Source: Blepharisma stoltei ATCC 30299
Lineage: Eukaryota > Protista > Ciliophora
Direction of reading: 5' to 3'
NCBI GenBank assembly: GCA_965603825.1
Contig: CBFDEM010000033.1
Span: 248,001-312,000, forward strand
DNA length: 64,000 bases
Shown: positions 23,797 through 35,630 of the stretch, piece after piece
Layout of the letters: each line of letters begins with the position of its first letter
Numbering within the stretch: the stretch's first letter is position 1
Made by a program: the position numbers and the translations under genes
The notes under the pieces: model-generated
What the model was told of the DNA's origin: nothing
Database searches by the model: none
Seen by the model: the letters and a program-made list of their open reading frames with translations, nothing else

Positions 23797-24957
23797 TTAG
23801 TTATGCTTTAGATGGTTTAAATCTAGAGAGAGCGTTAGATCTTCATTTTCACGATCCGTAAATTCTGAAATATTATCAAATCAGTCTATATCTGGCGATA
23901 GGATTTCTTTATTGAGATTTATAGTATTTACTATTTTTTTGGTTGCTTTTTGTAAGACCTTATGAGATTTTGCACGGGTAATTGCTTCCTTTTTAGCTGT
24001 TCAAGGAGACTTTCGAATAGTTGGCTGCTCTGAAGGGTTTATCTTGGAATTTTCTTTCTTTTGAGTGCTGCTTAAAGTTGAGCTTGCAGTCACTTCTTCC
24101 TTTTGTTTTAAATTCCTTCTATCTGTAAATATAAAAGTTTGTTTTATCACTTTACAAATAAAATCTGCTTCAGCTCCTCTTGAATATTGTTTAAATAAAT
24201 CTATATTTTGTGAAGGTATTATTTTTTTACAAATATTATCCCCAAGATTTTCCCTCTTATTAAAATTGTCCATGAATGCTAGATCATCTTCTTCTCGAGC
24301 TCTACTAAATTCATCCTGATATTTTTTTATTAATCCTTTCATTTCTTTTTGTAACTTTTTTTTTTCGGCAACATCTATATTCATTGTCTCTGCATCTTCT
24401 GTGATTTTCTGAATTATTTCTTTTTCTCTGCTATCAACAGCTTCTCTTACCGATTGATATAACTCTGAAAATTCTGCTAATAATTTATTTTGGGCATTTT
24501 TAATGCTAGACTGTTTTTTCTCGAGTTTATCTTGTTCTTTTAATATATTTGCTTCTATTTGCGAAACTGAATTCTTTATATTCTCTAATTTTTCTCTATG
24601 CTTGGTTGCAGCTTTACTAATAGGAAAAATTTCATGAGATTTATGCCCATCTTCCAAAATGCAACTGACGCATAAAATTTTTTTATCAGTATTGCAAAAT
24701 GCTTCAAGTTCTTTATTGTGATTTTTACAGATATTTTGGCAAGTCTTTTGGGTTTGAATTTGTATCAAAGCCAAATTTATAGGAAATGCTTGTATATTAG
24801 GTGCTAAAGATACGAGATTGCATTGAGGGCATAGCATTGATTTATTTGAAAATAGCGAATTAATGCACAATTTACAAATTGTGTGCCCACAGGAAATAAG
24901 TATATGCGGAATACGTGTGTGATTATCGAACTCAAATGAACATTTAAAGCACTCCAT
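23797..24957 (-). CDS. TRIM-like RING + B-box + coiled-coil protein, 386 aa
   Basis: CFKC...SCGHTICKLC...CPQC; CKNHNKELEAFC..D..ILCVSC....HKSH; TGA=Trp 24001 and 23881; TAA at 23797. Confidence 0.85.
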
Positions 24958-25040
24958 ATTTATATAATAAAATATTCTGGTGTGCCTGATATTTTATAGG
25001 ATAGTAGCTATTTTACAATAGAATTTACAATATTCAAATA

Positions 25041-28000
25041 TTAAGTATTTATTATAAGCATATCGCCATCCTCTTGAATATTAAGAGACTGCTCTACATT
25101 GGATTCTTCTTCACTAGTTTCACTTTCTTCTTCACTTTCGTCACTTTCTTTTGTTTCTATTGTTGTTTGTTCAATTAGTCCTTTGCTCATTAAAATTTTT
25201 AAAGCTCCTTTTCTCATTTCTTTAACAAGTCTCCTTGCTTTAGGCTTCAGATCTTCTATGCTTAGGACTGTTTCTACAAGTTGGTCTATGTCAGCCAGGA
25301 AGTTTTCAACGTTTTTATATTCAGCATTTTTGGCTTTTTCTTGTATTTTCCTTAAATCTATACTGTTTTCAATTTCTTCAAGATCCAAAAATCTCTTTTT
25401 CTCATCCCAAAAAATAAGTTTTGATGAAATTTCTTGAAATATTCCTTGCATCCATGTTTCTCTTCGTTTTCCAGTCACTGGTTTTTGTTTAAATACAGTT
25501 GAGTCAACAGTTCTTTTAGGTCGATTTTTTTTAGTTATTTTACTAGGCTTTTTCAAAGTCAAATCAGGTTCAGGAAGTTCATCAATATTAATTTTAATTG
25601 TTGAGGACACTTCAAGCACTTCTTCCTTTCTCATTCTTTTAGGCTTTTCTTCCTCTTTTGTAGGATCATATAGAGGACAAATTTTTTTATTCTGCTTATT
25701 ATGTCCAACCATCCCACACCTTCCACAAATCATATTCCCATGCCCTGTGTTAAATAAAACAGCACCAGACTGATATTTCTGTATGCATAGGTCTTTCCAA
25801 GCTTTTTCCTCTTCCAACTTTTTTCTCTCTTTTTCCAGCTTCATTTCTGCCTTTCTCTTCAACCTTTTCTTCTCTTTAAGTTCCTTTGTTAAAGAATTGA
25901 TTATTTGCTTTTTCTCTTGTTTTTTCTTTTCTTCAATAGTTTTTGCTGCTCTTTCCTTTTCTAACTGCAGCTTTTTCATTTCTTCATTCTTTTTATTAAT
26001 GAGATATTTATTAACCAATTCTTGATCATCAGTGAATTTCACGTAAACATTGAAAGTTCCGTCAAGATTTGGAATTTTTTCTGTGATTTTTAGAGCTTTT
26101 CGTCTTGGCAAACTAATAGAGTTAGGCGGAGGAGATACCGGGATTTCTTTATTGCTTGTGTTTATACTTTTTAGGGTATTCTGGAGGTCTGTTAAGGCTT
26201 GTTGTTCATTGATAGCTTCATTTTCTACATATGTCTCTTGTGGTATATATAGCCCATCAGCTTCCATTTTCCTGAGAACTTGTCCATTTTCTTCTTCATC
26301 ATCAGAGCTGCTGTCATCTTGATAAAATGCTTCTCCTAAAACCCTTATTTGTTTTCTCAGAATTTTATTAAGCTCTTTTTGGTAATTTTCAATTTGTTGC
26401 TTTGATGGGGAGTTTTTTAAAATTCTTTTGAGGAAAGAATATCCACAATTTCCAAAAGTAGGGTCACCTCTCCCAAGTACTTCAATCATGCCTCGCTTCC
26501 GAGCTTGAACATAAGAACCTGTAAGATTTCAAGGAGCCATTAAAAGCTCATCTTCTATAATATCAGCTAAATAGTTAACCCTTTTATCCTTTACTTCTCT
26601 TTTGAGCGTCATAATTGAGCTAAAAAGCTTATCGAAAGGTAGATAAGAAATTCCTTTGTCTTTTAATTTCTTTTTTGCTGAAAGCATACTCTCATATTTG
26701 CATAAATCCTCAGGAGATATTTTATTGAAAATATCTTCTTTTGTAGGCAGTGTAGGGCTTGACCAAAAATTATCAGTATAAAAGCATTTAAGTTCTTTAA
26801 GATGTTTTTTAATTGAGTATTTAGGGAGATGTGGGAGATTTGACACAAGGGTATCAATGCTCACTTTATTTCCATTTTCTTTCAGAATTTTTAATATTAG
26901 TCCTTGCCTTCTCTGAGTAACAAATTTCCTTAGTTTCACTGAATTTGGTGTATAAACTTTAACTTTTGGCTCAGTTTGTCCATAAGTATAGGCATATTGC
27001 AATGGTCTCAAAATTCATTTATTTTTTTTGTGGATTAAAATAAAGTCTGTTTTCTTGTGGTCATGGTAAAACAAAGGAGTCTTCATAAGCTTGCTTTCTA
27101 ATAAACATAGACTTTGGTTATCTTTTAAGTGTCCTAGAATAGGAAGATTTTGATTATGTGAAAGTCTCTTGATGATTCCTAATTTCCCTGTATGAGATTC
27201 TAAATACATTTGATCTTGTCCTTTGAAGTATCTTGTTATCCTTGAAGTCATTCCATTATTACTTATGAGCGGAGGTCTTTTTTCTACGAATTCTGTAAGG
27301 ATAAAAGCACCACGCTTAAGCGTTAAATCTTCATGTGTTTGAAAAGATACATAGCCTGAAGGCTCTTCTTTTAAAGGATATGATAGTTCAGGGACTTTCA
27401 AAATTGCTTTTATTTCTATTGAAGCTGAAATCTTAATAAAAGGTCTATGAAAATCTCTTAGCTCTGCATCATCCCAGTTTCCTTTATTTAAAGGATACTC
27501 ATAAGATATATTTGCGTGGTGAAGCTCTTCTGAGATAGAGTGTTCCTCTTCTGAAGCTTTTGTAGAATTTTCTTCAGTTTTAGACTCTGTAGGAGCAGTT
27601 TCAACGTCAGACTCATTATCAGAAACATCGCATGCAGGTTTATTTTCTTTTGAGGCTTCATCTGTTCTTTTATAATTAAGAAAGCGTAAATCAAATACCA
27701 TTTTCTGGAAATCCTTATTTATTTTTTCATGAGTCGCACTTTGTGTGTCGTAAAATGAAAGATCGTCTCAAGGCAATTTATCAAAAAGAAAATTAACGTT
27801 CTTATAGATTTCTTGCTTTGCTGTATAATTTTGAGAAAATAATTGTGGATTTATAGCGAAATTTGTTTTTTGAGCAAATTTGTAATTGCCTTCAATTTCA
27901 CCCCACAATGAATTGCTTGTCTGCATTCTGGGCTCAGGGTTGAATGGTTTTGGATACGAGATATTTTTCTTTGGAGTTTTATAAAAATCCATCTCGATCG

Positions 28001-28916
28001 GGAGTCTTGTGCTTTTTGTTAAAGGCTTGATTGGGATCAATAAATCATCAGTTCTTAGTGTTCCATTGGTTTTTGGAAATATATCGATTGCTTTATTCAA
28101 CATAGGTGCTTTAGTATCTATAGCATTATTGATAAATGGCACTTTCTTGTTTTCCTTTAAACTTCCAGAGTTAATATAAATTCCATTTTCTCTTCGAAAT
28201 ACAACCATGGTTTCACGCTTTTTATGTTTAGTAGGAGGTCCATTCCAAGCTATATTTTTTAAAAAGTCGCATTTCTTGATTTCATTGTATTTTATTCTTT
28301 CTTTCTTAGTGAGTGCTTTAAAAGTATTTTGAGTCTCATCTATTTCTCTATTAAGCTGCCTTAGTCTTTTCAGCAAATATCTTTTTTCATAATCTTTAGT
28401 TTCTAGCTCAAGCAGCTCAATTCTTTTAGGCTCTGCTGAAATGTCTCTTATTTCTTCATAAAATTCCTTTAACTCTCTCTTATACCTAGCAAGCCTATTC
28501 ATATAGTCAAAATACTCCCCAACACTCCCATTTTTATCAACTTTTAAAACATTATCGCTTTTTTTATATTTTTCTATAGTTGATTGTAAAGGTAAATATA
28601 TTTCAGTTCATTTAACTATAGCTTCTCCAGTAGCTTTAATAAATATAGGAATTTCATAATTGTAGTTGATTCTAGGAGATGAAATTGAGATCGCTTCAGA
28701 ATTTTCAACAGATTTTTCTGAAACACAATCTTCTGCTAAACTCTCTATATCTGATCAATCATCTGGATGCTTTTTCTTTTGGGCTGCTGTAAAAGTTGGG
28801 ATATATTGAGATTTTTTAGGCTTTGGTGCTTCCACTATTTCAATGATATCGTCTAAATCTAAGACTTCTTCATAAATTTGCTCCAAGTCTGATTGCTCTT
28901 GATACCAAACATCCAT
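25041..28916 (-). CDS. TAF1: TFIID subunit TAF1-like, 1291 aa
   Basis: Five TGA=Trp give one frame; ELRDFHRP, DLTLKRG...EFVEKRPPLISNNGM, SPEDLCKYESM, LMAP[W]NLT...G.GDPT..GYSF, zinc knuckle CGRCGMVGH...CPLY, degenerate bromodomain. Confidence 0.88.
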
Positions 28917-29038
28917 CTTAACTAGAGATTATATAAATAGATGCCCCCTATCATTTTAACTCATTAATAAGCCATTTACTAAAGCCTTTTATTTTGTATT
29001 TTATAAAATCAACAATTTTAAGAAGCATTTAGAATGTC

Positions 29039-31459
29039 TTAATTTAATAATACTATCGCCTTTTCAATTGAATCTTCAATAGGGATTGCTAATGATTTAA
29101 GCCACCTTATTGATTTTCTCTCTACAAGTTTCCATTCATCTTTCTTATCTGCACAATTTTTTCTTAAGTAGGCTAAAGCTATCAATGTCCCCCAGATCTT
29201 TTCTTTTTCTGGCATCTGAGAGAATTCTTGAGGAATTTCATTGTTTGCGTTTAATAGCTGAGCCAGTTTCTCAAAGCTCCAGAACCCTTCAGTTGATTGA
29301 AGCTTTATTATTGAAATATAAATCCCTGAGTCAGCTGATATAAAATCTGATGAGCAGCCTTCTTCTTGCTTGTCTTCTTCTTGAAAATTATTAAAGCTGG
29401 CAACTTTCGCTTTAGTCAGGGTTTTTGATTTACTTTGTAGCATTGTTTCATATTTAACTTGAGGCGCGCCAAATAATGCTGATGTTGGTTTTGATGAAAT
29501 AGATCCTTTTGATTTTTCTGAACAAAAAGCGTTGTTCAATCCTGTATCTAGTCGTGCACATCTATATTTCGGCACATTTTTGGTTATATATTTTTTTGGT
29601 GCAAGTTCAATCATATCTTTAGGCCTTAACACCGGAACCCGTCTCAGCTGCATATCTCCAATAACAGCTTCATTGTTTCTTTGTATGCAAATATAAGATG
29701 TAAGATTTGAAGGAATTCCATATTCTTTAGAAAGCCTCACTATTTGGCTATTTTTTACATTTATCTCCAGATCACTTTTATCTAATTCAGAAATTCTATT
29801 ATAAGCCCATAGTTTGAAAATTTCATCTCCAGGGGTTATGTGAGTACTATCAACTGGGATAGTAAATTCTCTCTCACTTTTTATTTTAGAATCATAGAAT
29901 TGAAGCTTTGGAATTGAATTAGGGACACTCTGACCCAAATGAGCGTATAAACTAAATCTATCACCGTAATAAATTCTTTTAGTGTTTCTTATATTTGGAG
30001 CAGTGCCAACTTCCCAATCTAACTTTCAGTCATTTAATACAGGCATTAAGCATTTTTCAAGCGCGTTTATTACCTTTTTAGATAATTCATCTAATGTTGA
30101 TACAAATGAATAAATCCCTCCACCAGCTCGAGCAGATTCTTTGATCAAGTAAGTAGACACTGCACTCCCTATGCCAATAGAATGCAATACAGTACTATTT
30201 GAGTACTGATTTATCAAATTAACAACTGCATCTGCAGAACTAACTTCACCATCTGTCAGTAAAAATATAGACCTTGGAAAATCTTTTCTTGGCTCCTTGC
30301 TAAATATTTCGAATAAAGGATCATAAATATTCGTTCCTCCCATACTTGCGTCGAAAGCTGTAATTTTAGCTATCACTTTTTCAACATTTTTTGAGTTGTA
30401 ATAAATTGGCTCGTGATTTAAAAATTCAAATTTTGATCCAAAGCTGACTATATTAAAGCAAGACCTAGGGGGAAGACTTTTTAAGAATAAAATAGCGGCT
30501 TGCTTTGCGAGAGCGATTCTTTCTCCTTTCATTGAGCCACTTCTATCAATTAAAAATATAAATTCTCCGCTTTGATTCTGCAAATCTTCAATTTCTTCAT
30601 TTACATCTGGATACATAGGTAGGAAGCTCAGCATAGCAGCATATTCTCCATTTCTTTCTTGTATAGTGCATAATGGGACATTAGAATCTGCGGTTTTATA
30701 TAATATTTCAATGCCACTATCAGGCACATAATCATAACCGTCTTTAAATCTGCCATTAAGATGCAAAGCATTATCAGACAATGTTCAGTCGAATGGATAA
30801 TTCTTGGAGGAGTAATCTGAAATAGGTGTATCAGCATAAATATCTATACTCATCCCAATACGATATGTGCAATTTCTTGCTCTCACAATTGGAAATTGTG
30901 CCACTTGTTGGGCTTCTTCTTGATCTATATTATTAAGAGCTTGCGGTTTAGGAGTCAAGCTTGCAGGAATATAGAGTCTCCAAAAATCAAGCTCTGAAGC
31001 CACAGGAGCAGTAAATTTAAACTCAATTCTGATTTCAGCGCCTGGCGCTACGTTCCCAACGTTAACAACCATTCTGTCTGGAGTGTTTGATTTTGCCATA
31101 ACTGCAGTGTTTCCTTCAGATATTGCATCTTGATACATCTCGGTAGCTTTGGTTTCCTCTTCGATTGCAGCTTCTAAAATAGTTCCGTCTGAGAGATGGA
31201 TTCTCATGCCTGTAACGACGGTGTCGTTTTCTACAGGGAATACATATTCACACTCAATAGGGTCATTTTCAACGTTCTTATAAATTTGGAATAGCTCGAT
31301 GTTGCACAAAGAATTTCTTACTATCGCTTTAATCTCTAAATGTTTTAAAGCTATTGGATGCTTCTCTTCTTGCTTCTCTTCTTGCATGTATACTGGGGTT
31401 TTTATCGTCAAAAATGGGATGAATGGTCTTAGTCCAAACACACAGCATTTGCATGCCAT
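29039..31459 (-). CDS. VIT + von Willebrand factor A domain protein (VWA5A-like), 806 aa
   Basis: VIT (NDPIECEYVFP...NVGNVAPG), EFIFLIDRSGSM, FLLTDGEV, LQSTEGFW; TGA=Trp 30785, 30026. Confidence 0.92.
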
Positions 31460-31648
31460 TTTTTCTTATTATATGAGAATAGGCTTCTGACGAAATTATG
31501 TTATAGTAAATAATGGCGATGCTATTAAAATAATAATTTTTTATTTGACAATTATTTGAATGTTCTATTATTTTAAAAGTCTTTTTTCATAATTTTATAG
31601 CTTTTTAATTGTTTTTCAATTAGAAATAATTCACTTTCCATTTTAAAA

Positions 31649-33154
31649 ATGCAAGGAGGCTATATGCCAGGATTTCATAGAGTGAAAATCGCTCAACAAG
31701 TACGCAAAACTCACTTCACCTTGGGCGAAGAAGGTGTGGCTTATACTACAGCTCATTCAGCTAATTTCAAGCCAGTATCAGCCCCAAGTCCACAGGATGA
31801 AGGAGCTAATAACAAAAAGTTACGTACATCAAATCTTAATTTAGGGGCTGGCCAAAATCCATCTAATTTCAAGTCAGAGTTTACATCTCAGTATCGAGCT
31901 CATTCTTTGGAGCCTAAGCATGGCCTTAAAGATTCATTTGATATGAGAGCTCACAATATTATCTTAGGAAAACAAGAAGTCAGTTATTCAACAACTGCTA
32001 ATGTAGCATTTGATGATAAGTGTGGATTGTCACACAAACAAGAAACTACTGGGATAAGTAGCAACAAAGCAAATCTACGCAAACATCATTTCAATTTAGG
32101 AGATGATCCTAATGCAAGTTTTTCAGTTATGAAATCTGACTATGGCCAAAAGCAATCCGAAAGCTTCAACGCAGGAATTCGAGACGAAATAAAAAACAAT
32201 TTAAGATCCTCTCATTTTGATCTTGGAAAACAGAGTGTGCCATTCGTATCTTCGACTCAAAGTGAGTACAAAACAAAGGCATTTCAGCCAAGATCAGTGA
32301 CGCCTGGAAGAATCAACGAGCTTAGAAAAGAGCATTTTCAGCTTGGAAACGACCAAGGAACATTAGTAAGCATTAATAATCTTGCATTTTCTGCCAAAAG
32401 TGGCGGAGCCCAGCCACTTAACCAAGAAAAACTTAACGACTTGAGATCATCCCATTTTGTTCTTGGAGTAACCCCTATTAGTTACTTAACAGCTACCAAA
32501 GCAGTTCATCAGCCACAAGAAATGATTCCATCCAAGCCAGAAAAATCCACATCAGTCAGACAATCCCACTTCAAGCTCGGAGAAGATACTCCATCATACC
32601 ATACAAATTATGCTATAAATCATTCACATACAACCAGAGATGCTACAACAGGACCTGAAAGGAGTCAGAGTGCTGATAGAAACTCCAATATCATTTTAGG
32701 AACAGTTAACGCAAATGCTTATACAACATCAGGAGGTACTTATAAAGGAAGAAATGGAGAAGCTGGCAAGTTGGACCCAAATTTGGAAAAAGATTTGAGA
32801 GGGCATCATTTTCAATTAGGAGATAATGGGCTGAATTATAAGACGATTAATCAGGATTATGGAGAGCAAAAAGGATATGGGACAAAGTGGGATCCTAATA
32901 GAGTAAAAGATATGAGAAGCGCACATTGGGCCATGGGGTCTCATCCAAAACAATTTTTGCCAGTTTCTAAAGCAGATTTTTCAGCAAAAGAAACTTCAGT
33001 GGAGAGAGCTAGTATGGAAGCGCAGCTGAGAAGGTCTCATTTTGAGTTGGGAGAAGGGAGAGGAGAATGGAATACTTCAAACCAAGCAAGCTATAAGTGG
33101 GTTCAACCTGTTGCTGATACAAGCTATAGATTTGCGATACAGACTGATTCATAA
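31649..33154 (+). CDS. Repeat protein with 12 [LM]RxxHFxLG units (TEX45/SAXO5-like putative microtubule inner protein)
   Basis: LRSSHFDLG-type motif about every 40 aa, each followed by a Y/FxT/S motif. Confidence 0.7.
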   Translation: MQGGYMPGFHRVKIAQQVRKTHFTLGEEGVAYTTAHSANFKPVSAPSPQDEGANNKKLRTSNLNLGAGQNPSNFKSEFTSQYRAHSLEPKHGLKDSFDMRAHNIILGKQEVSYSTTANVAFDDKCGLSHKQETTGISSNKANLRKHHFNLGDDPNASFSVMKSDYGQKQSESFNAGIRDEIKNNLRSSHFDLGKQSVPFVSSTQSEYKTKAFQPRSVTPGRINELRKEHFQLGNDQGTLVSINNLAFSAKSGGAQPLNQEKLNDLRSSHFVLGVTPISYLTATKAVHQPQEMIPSKPEKSTSVRQSHFKLGEDTPSYHTNYAINHSHTTRDATTGPERSQSADRNSNIILGTVNANAYTTSGGTYKGRNGEAGKLDPNLEKDLRGHHFQLGDNGLNYKTINQDYGEQKGYGTKWDPNRVKDMRSAHWAMGSHPKQFLPVSKADFSAKETSVERASMEAQLRRSHFELGEGRGEWNTSNQASYKWVQPVADTSYRFAIQTDS

Positions 33155-33451
33155 AACTTTGAACATTTTAAATAAATTGATATAAAGATATATAAGTTGA
33201 AAAACGAGTTTAGATTGTTTCTGTTGAATAAAGGAGCTAATTGAAAGAAACACTATTAGCTTATTCAGCACAAGCACACTAATATTTATTCTAAAGCTTA
33301 TAAAATCCTAATGTTTTTAAACGATCGCTTAACACTGTAATAATCTGAAATAATTACTCTGGAATTTTAAAATTTAATGCAAAACTTAGCCAAAGCAATT
33401 TTATGATTTATTTAACTTTAGAAGAAAGTTTGGCTAAAGCTGGCCGAATTA

Positions 33452-33534
33452 AGAAGATTCTAGTATCTCAGAAATGTTCAGATTTCAGTATATAATTTTG
33501 CCATTTTGATATAAAGCTTGAAATCTGATTGGCT
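33452..33534 (+). promoter_or_regulatory. Putative heat-shock element(s) and inverted CCAAT box upstream of ubiquitin
   Basis: AGAAG-ATTCT-AGTA (nGAAn/nTTCn), CAGAAATGTTC, TGATTGGCT at 33526-33534. Confidence 0.4.
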
Positions 33535-33583
33535 GGTCTTCCATATTTAAAGTTCGCCTGAGATGTTCTATTATAATAAAAAT

Positions 33584-34232
<649 letters not shown>

Positions 34233-34307
34233 GCTAATCAATTCATTCATTTAATTTTGTCTTTTGATAATAATTAATAAATTAAACAATAGGTACGATA
34301 TATAGCA

Positions 34308-35084
34308 TTATTTAGACATAATTTGCTCAATAATTTCTGCTACTTCATCAAAAACTCCAAAGTATACATGATCGCAGCCTAACGTAAAATGTCCTCTGCA
34401 TTTTCCTTTTAAGGCATTTACATACTCCAAAGAGTCTGCATAAGGGCAAATTTCATCATTGTCGCCATGGATAATATAAATATCTCCTTGAACCCTCTCG
34501 CAATAATATTTCATGTCTACATTTATGGTTTCTTCAATCATCTCCCACGTCAATCTTAACTGTTTTCCAAAAGCATTATGCACAATTTCTCTATTTTGTC
34601 TTACAACTTCATATACTTCTTGTAAAAAGTCTGGCAGAACTGTCATGCGGTACCTTGCAGAAAGAGTTACAATATTTTTAACTTGGCCGTATAAGGCAGA
34701 ATAAATGATAGGAGAATTTGCACACATTGATATTCCAATTATTCCTTCGACATCAAAGCCTCTTTCAACTAAAAAGTGAACAGCATCATCAAGATCATTT
34801 GCAGCCCTAATATAGCCAGCAAATGTAAATTCACCTTGGCTGTCCCCTTCTCCAGTAAAATTGAATTTAAATGTATTTGCAGTTAAATTCTCATGTAAAA
34901 ACTCACAAATGATAAACACTTCAGGTGGTCACATCTGCGTAATGATTCAGATCTTTTTGTCATCTGGCTTTTTTATTGAAATGTTGCAGGTTAGTCTGAA
35001 GCCGCTTCTATTTGTAAAATAGCTAATATTGCTGTTTGAAGCGTGGGTTTGTTGGGCAGAGCTGTTTTCTATAGGGTATGACAT
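34308..35084 (-). CDS. Alpha/beta hydrolase, 258 aa
   Basis: FNFTGEGDSQG, GISMC nucleophile elbow, IIHGDNDEICP, GCDH; two TGA=Trp extend the ORF to ATG 35084. Confidence 0.85.
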
Positions 35085-35409
35085 TTAAGTTAGCAAAATT
35101 ATACAACAAATATAGTAGATAATAAATCATTTTTTAATTTTTTACTCGAAATCAAATAATAGTATAGGTTTACCAAATAAAAGATCATGAAGAAATATGT
35201 ATTGATTCACTATTGAAAAAAGAAAATTCGGCTAATTCAACGAATCAGCTCTGAGAAACATATTTTGGGCTTAATATCCTCATAGATCTAACAAAAAGCT
35301 TTATTTGAAATCATAGCAGTCATATTTTAAAATTAAAATTCTGATAAAGGATTGATTTATAATAAATCCCTATCACTTTTACAACTTATATGCAGTTTTT
35401 ATATAAAAT

Positions 35410-35610
35410 ATGCAATTTTTCATAGATACATGTGACGATGAAATATTGGTTCTTGATATTGAATCTTTAGACACTATTGCAAGTGTCAAAGATAAAGTTC
35501 AGCAGAGAGTAGGATTCTCTGATTACCCGCAAAGGTTTGTATTTTAGGACATAAAATAGACCGAGAAAGAGATCTTGCAGATCTAGTCTATTACATCTAT
35601 TAGCAACTTA
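35410..35610 (+). pseudogene. Ubiquitin-like pseudogene
   Basis: MQFFIDTCDDEILVLDIESLDTIASVKDKVQQRVG...QRFVF, then frameshift (GHKIDRERDLAD) and deletion (SLLHLL); no GG terminus. Confidence 0.75.
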
Positions 35611-35630
35611 GTTAAGCTCCAATCGGATGG

